The position numbers and the translations under genes are program-made. The notes below the pieces were generated by a model. It saw only the letters and a list, made by a program, of their open reading frames with translations, did no database searches and was not told where the DNA came from. Below, piece after piece: positions 44,724 to 53,792 of a stretch of DNA of 64,000 bases. How positions within the stretch are numbered: the first letter of the stretch is position 1; the number at the start of each line of letters is the position of its first letter. Source of the stretch: Bacillota bacterium (GTDB lineage: Bacteria > Bacillota_I > Bacilli_A > RFN20 > CAG-826); NCBI GenBank assembly GCA_030537155.1, contig JAUNOH010000005.1, positions 22,282-86,281 on the forward strand, given 5' to 3'.

Positions 44724-45480
44724 GGAGGGCCTCCCAGTAGGCGATGGCGATGTTGTCGCTCCCGCCATTCGCATTGGCTTCCGAGATGAGGGATAAGACC
44801 TTCTGGTCAACCCGATCGTCGGTGTCCAACACCATATTTATCTCCTGCTCGGACATATTGTTATATAGGCCATCGCTGCAAAGCAAAACCGCCTCGCCGC
44901 GGTAGTTGAAATTGGTGAGGGTAAGGGAGAGGCTTGGGAAGATGCCGAGGGCGTTCATCAGGACATGGCGGTCGGGGTGGGTCGAGCTTTCGCCCTCCTT
45001 GATCTGACCGGTTTTGATGAGGTAATCGACATAGGTCTGATCCTCGGTCAGTCTCTTCAAGCCGAGGTAACGCTCGAAGGAATAGGCCCGGGAGTCGCCG
45101 ATGTTGGCGATGACCATCCTCCTCCCGAAGATGAGGGCCACCACCGCGGTGGTGCCCATGCCGGAGTAGGTCTTGTTCTTCTCCGATTCGCTGTATATGA
45201 GGTCGTTGCATTCCTTAAGGACGAGGTTGAGCCAGGTCCTGGCCTCGGTATAGAAATGGAAGGAGCCCTTCTTCTTATAGAAGCACTCGGCGATGTGGTC
45301 GATGGCCACCTTGGCGGCGTAGTCGCCCTTATTTTGGCCACCCATCCCGTCGCAGACGATCAAAATGACGTCCCCGTAGGCGTTGATCAGGGCTTTGGCC
45401 TGATCCTCGTTGGATATTCTCACCGACCCGATGTCGGTTTTGGCGTAGAAGGCGCCCTCGTATTTCTTTCCCCCAAGCAT
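44716..45480 (-). CDS. stp: PP2C-family Ser/Thr phosphatase
   Basis: SNEDQA and CDGMGG motifs. The ATG is at 45480. Confidence 0.88.
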   Translation of the reverse strand: MLGGKKYEGAFYAKTDIGSVRISNEDQAKALINAYGDVILIVCDGMGGQNKGDYAAKVAIDHIAECFYKKKGSFHFYTEARTWLNLVLKECNDLIYSESEKNKTYSGMGTTAVVALIFGRRMVIANIGDSRAYSFERYLGLKRLTEDQTYVDYLIKTGQIKEGESSTHPDRHVLMNALGIFPSLSLTLTNFNYRGEAVLLCSDGLYNNMSEQEINMVLDTDDRVDQKVLSLISEANANGGSDNIAIAYWEALHD

Positions 45481-45481
45481 A

Positions 45482-46540
45482 TCAGCTTCCCCCCTGTCTT
45501 TGGATTTTGGCCCTGAGCTGGCCACAGGCGGCATCGATGTCGGAGCCAAACTCCTTCCTTACGGTGGTGCTGATGCCCCGTTTCATGAGGATGTCGTGGA
45601 AGGCGTGGATGGCGTTGTTCGGACTTCTTTGGTATGGCTTTTCCTTCACCTCGTTATAGGGGATGAGGTTGACATAGGCGTAGACGTGGTTTTGATAAAT
45701 CAAATCGGCCAATTCCTGGGCGTGCTCAGGCTGGTCGTTTAACCCCTTTAGGAGGATATATTCGAAGGTGACGCGGCGGTCGGCCTTCTCCTGGTATTGG
45801 CGGATGGCCTCCATCAGCTGATCCATCGGGTAGGCCTTGGATATCGGCATGATCTGGTTTCTGATCTCGTCATTCGGCGCGTGGAGGGAGATGGCCAGAT
45901 TAACCTGGATGCCCTCTTCCCCATAACGCTTTATCCCCGCGGGCAAGCCGCAGGTGGAGACGGTGATGTGGCGGGCCCCGATGGCTAAGCCATATTGCTC
46001 GTTGAAGACCCTCACGGCCTCGAGGACGTTCTCATAGTTATCGAAGGGCTCGCCGGTCCCCATGACGACGACGTGGCTGATCGACTCACCCTCCTCCTTC
46101 AGGATGGAGTTGAGGGTCAAAACCTGGCCCACCATCTCGTGGGCTTCGAGGTTCCTCGTCTTCTTCAATAAGCCGGAGGCGCAGAACTGGCAGCCCATCG
46201 CGCAGCCAACCTGGCTGGAGATGCAGGCGACGTTGCCATAGTTATAACGCATCAAGACGGTCTCGACCTTGGCCCCATCCTCCATCTCGAGGAGGAGCTT
46301 GACGGTGCCGTCGCTCGCCTTCTGCTTGGTGTGGATTTCGGGAAGTTCGAGGCAGTAATCGCTTTTTAGGGTCCCGCGGAATGATTTGGCGATGTCGCTC
46401 ATGGCGTCAAAGTCATAGACCCCCTTGCCATAAATCCATGCGAAAAGCTGCCGGGCCCTAAATTTGCTTTGGCCCAGGGAGACTAGCTCGTCGGTGAGCT
46501 TTGATAGGCTATATCCGAAAAGGTTTTTTCTTTCGGGCAT
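45482..46540 (-). CDS. rlmN: 23S rRNA/tRNA A-C2 methyltransferase RlmN (radical SAM)
   Basis: CAMGCQFC radical-SAM cluster motif; 352 aa. Confidence 0.93.
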   Translation of the reverse strand: MPERKNLFGYSLSKLTDELVSLGQSKFRARQLFAWIYGKGVYDFDAMSDIAKSFRGTLKSDYCLELPEIHTKQKASDGTVKLLLEMEDGAKVETVLMRYNYGNVACISSQVGCAMGCQFCASGLLKKTRNLEAHEMVGQVLTLNSILKEEGESISHVVVMGTGEPFDNYENVLEAVRVFNEQYGLAIGARHITVSTCGLPAGIKRYGEEGIQVNLAISLHAPNDEIRNQIMPISKAYPMDQLMEAIRQYQEKADRRVTFEYILLKGLNDQPEHAQELADLIYQNHVYAYVNLIPYNEVKEKPYQRSPNNAIHAFHDILMKRGISTTVRKEFGSDIDAACGQLRAKIQRQGGS

Positions 46541-46552
46541 TTTGCGATGGGG

Positions 46553-47875
46553 TTATTCCTCTTTGGCGGCGCAGGCGCAGGGTTCGCCGGCTTCGGCGAT
46601 ATCGAGCCCACCGACGGAAGGCGAAGCCTTGGCCAAATCGGGGTCCTTGCTTAAGACGGCGTAGTAGGCCGTGGTGTCCAATCCATTATAGGGGAAGAGC
46701 TGCTCTTCCTTCTCGAGTTTGAATTCGGGGTGGTTCTTCAAGAACTCGAAGACGGCGTAATGGCCCTCTTTCTTGTTCATGGTCAAAACCAGGTAGACCA
46801 ATTTGCCGTGCTCGGCCACGTGGGGGGCCAAATCCTCCAATAGCTTGGCCTGCCCGGAGAGGAGGCCGTCGAGGCTATCCTGCTTCAGGTGGACGAAGAA
46901 ATCGGGGTTCTCCCTGATGGAGTCGAACTCGCTGGAGGCGGGCATGGCGATGACTAAGTCCTGCTGCCTGGTGATATAGGCTTCGAGGGCGTCGGAGGCG
47001 GCGCTGAAGAAGTTGACGTTATGGAGGTCCTTCTCCTTGATGAGGCGGCTGACCTCGACGTGGGAGTCGAGGGAATCGGAGACACCGAGGTTGAGCCCGA
47101 TGGAATCGCCATATGATTCGACGAGTTCCTTGAGGGCCTGGTCGTTGTTGCCATAGAGGAAGGCCTCCATGGGTTCGGAAATCTTATATTGGTCGAAGAT
47201 GGCCTTGATGCCGGCTTTTTCAACGAACATCTTGCCGCTTCTGACCCAGTCGAGCTTCCTGAGGGGTTCCTTGCCCTGATAGGCATAGATGCCCTCGATG
47301 GCGGTCTTGATGAAGTCGGGGTTATTCTCCACCACTTCCTTGTCCAAGACGGAGTAACGGGCCCTTAAAGAGGGGGCCGAGGGGCGGATGTTCTTCCTTA
47401 GGCTCTTATACATGTTGCCATAGCCGAAGTGGTTCCAGATCTTCAAGACCCAGAGCGGGGTGTTATAACGCAACGAGAGGTATTCGACCGATCCCTGTTT
47501 GATGTCGTCGGGGATGTAGGTGGGGTTCTCTCCGCCTTTATCCAAAAGCGGCTCGACCTTGGCGAATTTCTCCTCGCCGACCAATTCCTTGACGGCCGAG
47601 GACAAAGCCTCGAGCGAGACCCTCTTGTAGAAGTAGGCATCGCCCAATAGCAAGGCCGCGGCGAAGTATTCATCGTCCCCGAGGCCGAAATCCTTAAGTA
47701 AGAAAGCGAAGAGGATGTCGTGTCGGAGCTCGCAGCCGACCAATCCGGCCACATCCTTCCGTAGCGGGCGGATGCTCACATCGGTCTGGAACTTTTTCTT
47801 AAGTGCCTCGTTAAATAATGTCCCATTCTCGTGGATATCCTTAAGGATATCGATGGAAAGCTGTAGTTCCTGCAT
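46553..47875 (-). CDS. RsmB/NOL1/NOP2-like protein with degenerate catalytic motifs
   Basis: NusB-like N-terminus and the syntenic rsmB position. The stretches VIAMPASSE and LVYLVLTMN replace DAPCSG and LVYSTCS. The ATG at 47875 is 1 nt after the upstream stop. Confidence 0.6.
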   Translation of the reverse strand: MQELQLSIDILKDIHENGTLFNEALKKKFQTDVSIRPLRKDVAGLVGCELRHDILFAFLLKDFGLGDDEYFAAALLLGDAYFYKRVSLEALSSAVKELVGEEKFAKVEPLLDKGGENPTYIPDDIKQGSVEYLSLRYNTPLWVLKIWNHFGYGNMYKSLRKNIRPSAPSLRARYSVLDKEVVENNPDFIKTAIEGIYAYQGKEPLRKLDWVRSGKMFVEKAGIKAIFDQYKISEPMEAFLYGNNDQALKELVESYGDSIGLNLGVSDSLDSHVEVSRLIKEKDLHNVNFFSAASDALEAYITRQQDLVIAMPASSEFDSIRENPDFFVHLKQDSLDGLLSGQAKLLEDLAPHVAEHGKLVYLVLTMNKKEGHYAVFEFLKNHPEFKLEKEEQLFPYNGLDTTAYYAVLSKDPDLAKASPSVGGLDIAEAGEPCACAAKEE

Positions 47876-47876
47876 G

Positions 47877-48473
47877 TCATTCGCCTCCTTTTTTATCGTC
47901 TTTGACATCAAGTGCCTCGGCCCTTTGCTTCATTTTTTCCTCAAAGTCCTCAAAGGCGTTGCCGAGGTAGATTTGGTTGGGGTCATTCGGATCCAGATCG
48001 GCCCGGTCGCGGGGATCGGCCTCATCATCGTGGTGATGGTGGCAGTCGCACTCCTCCTCGTGGTCGTGTTCGGGATCCTCGCCGACGTGGTACATCGAGC
48101 CATCGTATTCGCCCGGATCGACGTGCTCGCCCTTCATGAAGCGCGGGTAGTCGTGGTTGTGGCTCTCATACCGGTTGCCCTCGTCGAAATATTCGAATTC
48201 GACGGCGACGTGGACGGCGTAGACCGTCAATGTCTTCATCAGGTACTCGGCTACCTGCTTCTCCATCAAGGCGTACTTCTTGGGGGCCCTGACGATGGCC
48301 AAGGCGTTCCAGGATGTCTGTTCAGCCCCCTCGTGGAAAACGAATAGGGACGGGGCGAGGAAGTCGATGTCCTCGCTGTGGGCCTCGAATAGATTGGCCA
48401 GATCGGGGGTGTGGTCACGCGAATACTCGCCGACCGCGAACTGGTCCAAACCGAGCAGAAAGATGTTGATCAT
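47877..48473 (-). CDS. hypothetical protein with a His/Asp/Glu-rich C-terminal half
   Basis: 198 aa containing HVGEDPEHDHEEECDCHHHHDDEADPRD. Confidence 0.55.
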   Translation of the reverse strand: MINIFLLGLDQFAVGEYSRDHTPDLANLFEAHSEDIDFLAPSLFVFHEGAEQTSWNALAIVRAPKKYALMEKQVAEYLMKTLTVYAVHVAVEFEYFDEGNRYESHNHDYPRFMKGEHVDPGEYDGSMYHVGEDPEHDHEEECDCHHHHDDEADPRDRADLDPNDPNQIYLGNAFEDFEEKMKQRAEALDVKDDKKGGE

Positions 48474-48545
48474 GATTGTGATAGTATATCACAGCCAAAA
48501 AATATAAAAGCAATTCGCCATGCAGTTTTTGCCCGTTTTTGTGCA

Positions 48546-50744
48546 TCAATAGTCGCTTGGATCGACGTCGAAGCTTATCTCGACGCCGGCGCGGCCCGAA
48601 AGAGTCTTGGCCAGATCGCTTAAATAAGGCCATAGATAGGCGTTGGTCCGATACTTAACTAGGATGTTTCTTCGATGCTTGCCAGCCAAGAAGGCGATAT
48701 AGGGGGTACTGGGCCCCACCACGATCACGTCTTTGAACTTCTGGTTCATGAGATCCTGCTTGATCGCGTGGCTGGCCTCGATGGCCTTTTCCTCATCTTT
48801 GCTCTCGACCCTGATGACCACCAGATAGGCATAGGGCGGCATGATGTTGAGGCGTCTGGTCTCCATCTCCTTTTTGAAGAAGGATTCATAATCCTGTTTG
48901 GCGGCCAGGGTAATCGCGTAGTTACTGGGGTTATATGTCTGGATGATGGCCTCCCCGGTTTTGGCACTCCGCCCAGCCCTTCCGACGGCCTGGGTGATGA
49001 GCTCAAAGGTGTTCTCGCTGGCCCTGAAGCTCGGGGAATATAGCCCGAGGTCGGCCTGGACGATGCCGACTAGGGTGACGTCGGGGAAATCATGGCCTTT
49101 AGCCACCATCTGGGTGCCGACTAAGATGTCGGCCTCCTTATGGCGGAATGACTCGAGGGTGTCGTTGACGGCCGAAGAGACCTTCCCGACGTCGGAATCT
49201 AGCCGCAAAACGCGGGCCTCGGGGAGCAGTTCACCGAGCTTTTTGATGACCCTCTCGGTGCCATAGCCGGTGCGGGCGATTTTCCTCGAGCCGCATTCGG
49301 GGCAGGAATCGGGGTATTTGGCCACGTAATCGCAATGGTGGCATTTGAGCATATTGTCGGCTTTGTGGTAGCTGAGGAAACTATGGCAATTGGGGCAGGT
49401 GTAGACGTAGCCGCAGTCGTGGCAGCCGATATAGGGGCTATAGCCCCTCCGGTTTATCAAAAGCACCGCCTGCTCCCCACGGGATAGCTTCTCCTTAAGT
49501 TTGTCGATCAGAGGTTTGGACAATATCTCGCTTCCGGGCGGCATGTTCCGCCTGTTGGTGAGGTCGATTATCTGGGTGGAGGGCAATTCCTTCTGGTTTA
49601 TCCTCTTGGGGAGGGAGACGAACTCATAGCTCCCTTTGCTGGCCTTGGCCTTGCTCTCGAGACTCGGGGTGGCCGAACCCAAAAGCACCTTGGCCCCGAA
49701 GTGGCGGGCCCTCATGATGGCCACCTCCCGGGCGTGGTAGGTGGGGACGTTATCCTGCTTATACGATTCGACGTGTTCCTCGTCGAGGATGATGAGGCCG
49801 ATGTTGTCAAGGGGCGCGAACACCGCCGAGCGGGCCCCGACGGCGATTTGGGCCTCGCCTTTGGCGATCTTGCGGTATTCGTCGTATTTCTGGGCTGGCG
49901 TCAAGCCGGAATGGAGGATGGCGATCTTCTTGCCGAAGCGCCTGGCGAAATACTCGACCATGATGGGCGTGAGGCTGATCTCCGGGACCATCATCAAAAC
50001 GGATTTGCCCTGGGAGAGGTAATGCTCGGATAGATGGAGGTAGACCTCGGTTTTACCGGAGCCCGTCACCCCCTGGAGGAGCACCACTTCCTTCTCGCTA
50101 TCCAATATCTGGCGGTAGGCCCTCTGCTGGTCGATGGAGAGCTCATGGGGCTGCTCCTTCTCGAATTCCCTGAGGACGTATCTCTGCTTTTCCTTGCTGA
50201 ATAACTCGACTTTCCCCAACTCCACCAGCTTCTTCAAAGATGAGGGCGATCCGCAGTCTTTTTTAAGCACCTCGCCGTGGGCGGATATCAATCTCAATAA
50301 CTCAACCTGCTTGTCGCTGGTGAGGCCGTCTTCGTTTGAATCCAATAAGCGGACCCATTTCTCATAGGCGACCTTTGGCCCGTTCAATGAGCTTTTTGCC
50401 GGGCGAAGAGATGAGGGAAGCATGCTCTGGAGGACGCTGACTTTGGGGGCTAGGTAATGGGAGGATATCTCCTCGGCCAGTTTGGAGAGTTCCTCGTTTA
50501 AAAGGGGTTCGGAGTCGATGACCTCATAGATATAAGAAAGCAAATATCCGGCCTGCTTCTCCAACTCAGCTTTGCCTAGATTGGTTTCCAACACCTCAGA
50601 GACGAAGCCCATGAGCCTCTGCCCATGGAAGGGAACCAAGACGCGGAAAAGAGGCTGGACGTCCCTCCTCCCGTCGTATAAATAAGAAAAAGGGCGGTCG
50701 AGACCGCTTTTTCCGTATTCGATGTATACGTGAAGCACCCTCAC
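48546..50744 (-). CDS. priA: primosomal replication-restart helicase PriA
   Basis: GVTGSGKTEVY, DEEH and two CxxC zinc motifs. GTG start. Confidence 0.93.
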   Translation of the reverse strand: MRVLHVYIEYGKSGLDRPFSYLYDGRRDVQPLFRVLVPFHGQRLMGFVSEVLETNLGKAELEKQAGYLLSYIYEVIDSEPLLNEELSKLAEEISSHYLAPKVSVLQSMLPSSLRPAKSSLNGPKVAYEKWVRLLDSNEDGLTSDKQVELLRLISAHGEVLKKDCGSPSSLKKLVELGKVELFSKEKQRYVLREFEKEQPHELSIDQQRAYRQILDSEKEVVLLQGVTGSGKTEVYLHLSEHYLSQGKSVLMMVPEISLTPIMVEYFARRFGKKIAILHSGLTPAQKYDEYRKIAKGEAQIAVGARSAVFAPLDNIGLIILDEEHVESYKQDNVPTYHAREVAIMRARHFGAKVLLGSATPSLESKAKASKGSYEFVSLPKRINQKELPSTQIIDLTNRRNMPPGSEILSKPLIDKLKEKLSRGEQAVLLINRRGYSPYIGCHDCGYVYTCPNCHSFLSYHKADNMLKCHHCDYVAKYPDSCPECGSRKIARTGYGTERVIKKLGELLPEARVLRLDSDVGKVSSAVNDTLESFRHKEADILVGTQMVAKGHDFPDVTLVGIVQADLGLYSPSFRASENTFELITQAVGRAGRSAKTGEAIIQTYNPSNYAITLAAKQDYESFFKKEMETRRLNIMPPYAYLVVIRVESKDEEKAIEASHAIKQDLMNQKFKDVIVVGPSTPYIAFLAGKHRRNILVKYRTNAYLWPYLSDLAKTLSGRAGVEISFDVDPSDY

Positions 50745-50758
50745 GGGGATATTCTACC

Positions 50759-51346
50759 CTACTTTGAGTTTAAGGCGGCGCTTCTTCTTTTGATGATGGA
50801 GACGATCTCGTCGGCCGCCCGCTCGACGGAGTCGTTGGTGACGACGTATTGGTAATGCTTTTCCTCGTTCATCTCGATCTCGGCCCGCTCCATCCGCCAC
50901 TTGATGGTGGATTCGCTCTCGGTCCCGCGGCCGCGGATCCTCTTCTCGAGGTCTTCCATCGACGGGGGGCAGAGGAAGATGGATACCACGCCGTCATCGT
51001 CTTTGAGGTTGGAGAACACCTGCATGGCCCCGGTGACGTCGATCTCGAGGAGGACGTTCATGCCGCTTCTCCTCATCTGCTCGACCTTATCCTTCGGGGT
51101 GCCATAGCGGTGCCCGACATAGCCGGCCCATTCAAGCAGGTTGCCGTTTTCGATGTTTTTCTGGAATTCGGCGTCGTCGACGAAATAATACTCGCGCCCA
51201 TCCATCTCGCCGGGACGCATCTTCCTGGTGGTCAGCGAGACGGAATAAAAGAGGTTGATCTCCTTCCGTTTGAGGATTTCCATGCGCACCGTCCCCTTGC
51301 CGACCCCTGAAGGGCCCGAGAGAATGATGAGCAACCCCTTTTCCAT
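50759..51346 (-). CDS. gmk: guanylate kinase
   Basis: GPSGVGKGT P-loop; 195 aa. Confidence 0.93.
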   Translation of the reverse strand: MEKGLLIILSGPSGVGKGTVRMEILKRKEINLFYSVSLTTRKMRPGEMDGREYYFVDDAEFQKNIENGNLLEWAGYVGHRYGTPKDKVEQMRRSGMNVLLEIDVTGAMQVFSNLKDDDGVVSIFLCPPSMEDLEKRIRGRGTESESTIKWRMERAEIEMNEEKHYQYVVTNDSVERAADEIVSIIKRRSAALNSK

Positions 51347-51405
51347 GTGCGGCTATTTTAGTCTTCTTGCCCAATCCAGTTCAACCTCAAGCTATAATCT
51401 TTACC

Positions 51406-52818
51406 ATGGCACTGCATTACCGGGAATTAGAGGTTTACGCCCAATATTTGGCTCAGCAGCTCATCGGGCGGCATCTCAACCACTTCCTCGAGCATAGCCG
51501 GGGTTGCTACTTCTTCCGAATCTCCGATGGGAGGCGGCTTTCCATCGTCTTGGAGGGCTCCAACCCCCGGATTTATATCGCCGAGGGGAACCTCGCCGGA
51601 AGCGGGATAAACGCCCCGATCCCCGCCTATTTCAGGAAGGAGCTTTCCAACGCCGAGGTGACCGGGATTAAAACGCTTAGCGGCGATAGGATAATAGACA
51701 TATCCCTGTCCTGCCTCGACTCAGCCTTCCGCCCCATCAAACGCGATTTGGTCATTGAGCTATTCCCCAACAAAAGCAACCTCATCCTCCTCGATGAGGA
51801 AGGCCTCGTCTTAATCTGCCAAAAGGCCAGCTCCCTCGATTCGAAGAGGCCATTATTTAAGGGCGTCCGTTACGAGGCCCCGGAGAAAAACGCCGGGTAT
51901 TCCATAAAGGAAGCCGACTCCTTCGACGCCAAAAAATACGAGGAGGAGATGAACGCCCTGGAGGAATCCCTGCTCCAAAAAAGAAGGCGTGAGCTATATG
52001 GCGAGTTGTTCTCCCTCTTACGCCGGAAGAAGAAATCATCCCTTACCAAGCAGAGCAAGATTGAGGGTGACATCGCCTTGGCCAAAAAGCATTTATCCGA
52101 CGGGGAATACGGCGATTTCATCTACATGAATTTCGAGACGGTAAACCCCCGTCTTGGATATATGGATTTCTATGGCGAGAAAATCGAGTTGGATCCCAGC
52201 AAATCCGCCGCCGAAAACGCCGAGAACTTTTATCGGAGGGCCAAGCGGGCCAAAGCCACCATCAACTCCTCGACCGAAAATCTAAATAAGGCAAAGGAAG
52301 AGGCGAAAAGATACGATGAGGCGCTGGAAATCGCCGAAAACGCGGACGAGGAATTATTGACGGAATTATCCGAGGAATTCCTCAAGGCGAAAAAACGCCA
52401 AAACGCCAAGAAAAAAGACGCCTCGAAGCTATTGAAAAAAGGCAATATGCCCCATAAGGTTTCCGACGGGAAAGGCACCGTCTACCTCTTTGGGAAAAAC
52501 GCCGCCCAAAACGACTTCCTCTCCTTCCATCTCGACACCGCCCCCAACCACATCTGGATGCACATAAAGGATGAGCACGGCGCCCACCTCATCATCAAAA
52601 AGGATTCCGCCACCCCCGAGGAGTTGGACTTCGCCGCCTCGCTTTGCCTATTGTGCTCAAAGAGGGAGGATGGCGAGGTGATATATTGCCCCCACCGCCA
52701 AATCAGGAAGGGCGAAGCCCCGGGCCAAGTCGTCTTAAAAACGTATCAAAGCCTCTACCTCCGCCACATAAATCCCGAGGCCAGAAAAGCCTTCGAGGAG
52801 CTTCAAAAAGCCGAGTAA
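51406..52818 (+). CDS. rqcH: NFACT-family ribosome quality-control protein (RqcH/FbpA-like), short form
   Basis: NFACT-N-like N-terminus from the ATG at 51406, a coiled-coil middle, and an NFACT-R (DUF814) block WMHIKDEHGAHLII. Confidence 0.75.
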   Translation: MALHYRELEVYAQYLAQQLIGRHLNHFLEHSRGCYFFRISDGRRLSIVLEGSNPRIYIAEGNLAGSGINAPIPAYFRKELSNAEVTGIKTLSGDRIIDISLSCLDSAFRPIKRDLVIELFPNKSNLILLDEEGLVLICQKASSLDSKRPLFKGVRYEAPEKNAGYSIKEADSFDAKKYEEEMNALEESLLQKRRRELYGELFSLLRRKKKSSLTKQSKIEGDIALAKKHLSDGEYGDFIYMNFETVNPRLGYMDFYGEKIELDPSKSAAENAENFYRRAKRAKATINSSTENLNKAKEEAKRYDEALEIAENADEELLTELSEEFLKAKKRQNAKKKDASKLLKKGNMPHKVSDGKGTVYLFGKNAAQNDFLSFHLDTAPNHIWMHIKDEHGAHLIIKKDSATPEELDFAASLCLLCSKREDGEVIYCPHRQIRKGEAPGQVVLKTYQSLYLRHINPEARKAFEELQKAE

Positions 52819-52895
52819 GAAACCAGTTTCATACTCCACGCATATATACACGGACGTTAATTTATATATAAAATTCACCATTAGGGATTCGCCGC

Positions 52896-53765
52896 ATGAA
52901 TAACCGGATAAGATTAGCCTCCATCGCATCGTTTCTCTCATTGAGCGCTATCTTTTGCCTATCCTGCTCAGCCAGCATCACCTACCGCTTTAACGACCGC
53001 GGGGAGGATACGGCCTATATCTACCGCAACGGCGATTTGATCAACGATGAGAAGATGGCGAGCGACTACGCCACCGCCACCAAGGAGATCGACGAGGCGG
53101 GATTCATCGAATTATTGGATATCGGCGAGGATTTCATGTTCATCCACCGCTCCGAATCCTGCTCGGTCTGCGAAAACTTCGAGGCCCCCTTCTCAGGGTA
53201 CGTCCAGGCCTCCCTCTCTTTGGCCTATTCGTATTCCGGCACCTTCTCCTCTTTGATAAGCGCCCTCGGCACGACTTATGGGGGCAACCTCATCTCGACG
53301 CTTAGGAGCAACTCCAATACCCCCGGCCTCTTCTTCGTCAACATCGAAGATGATGGCGTCTACCTCCAGGTGGCCGATCAGATTTACACCCATTATGGCT
53401 CCTCGACCATCCTCGGGGACTACCTATACCCCCTATATAGCACCACCAACGTCTACCGCTTCTCCGACTTCGCGGCCCTCGATAGCCTCAATAGGAACGG
53501 CAAGCTCGTGGCCGTGATGGATCTATCCGACGATGGCCAGCTCTCCTTCTGGGTCGATAGCCTCCGCGACTACGCCATCCACGGCGAGAAGGAGCTATAC
53601 CTGGTCGACTACTCCCTCTGCAGCGACGATGATAAGCAGAAGCTCATCAGCGAATTCTCCCTCAAATTCAACGGCGGGAGCCTCCTTAGCTACGTCAGCT
53701 ATGGCGAGAACATCGTCTACGGCCGAAGCGGGGCCATCTCGGTGTTCGAGCAATACTATTCATGA
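52896..53765 (+). CDS. lipoprotein with a thioredoxin-like CxxC motif
   Basis: Lipobox CLSC, then FMFIHRSESCSVCENF. Confidence 0.5.
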   Translation: MNNRIRLASIASFLSLSAIFCLSCSASITYRFNDRGEDTAYIYRNGDLINDEKMASDYATATKEIDEAGFIELLDIGEDFMFIHRSESCSVCENFEAPFSGYVQASLSLAYSYSGTFSSLISALGTTYGGNLISTLRSNSNTPGLFFVNIEDDGVYLQVADQIYTHYGSSTILGDYLYPLYSTTNVYRFSDFAALDSLNRNGKLVAVMDLSDDGQLSFWVDSLRDYAIHGEKELYLVDYSLCSDDDKQKLISEFSLKFNGGSLLSYVSYGENIVYGRSGAISVFEQYYS

Positions 53766-53790
53766 AAAACCCGGGATCGACCCGGGTTTT
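53764..53790. terminator. bidirectional terminator
   Basis: AACCCGGG-ATCGA-CCCGGGTT with flanking A5 and T4 runs, between convergent genes. Confidence 0.7.
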
Positions 53791-53792
53791 CG

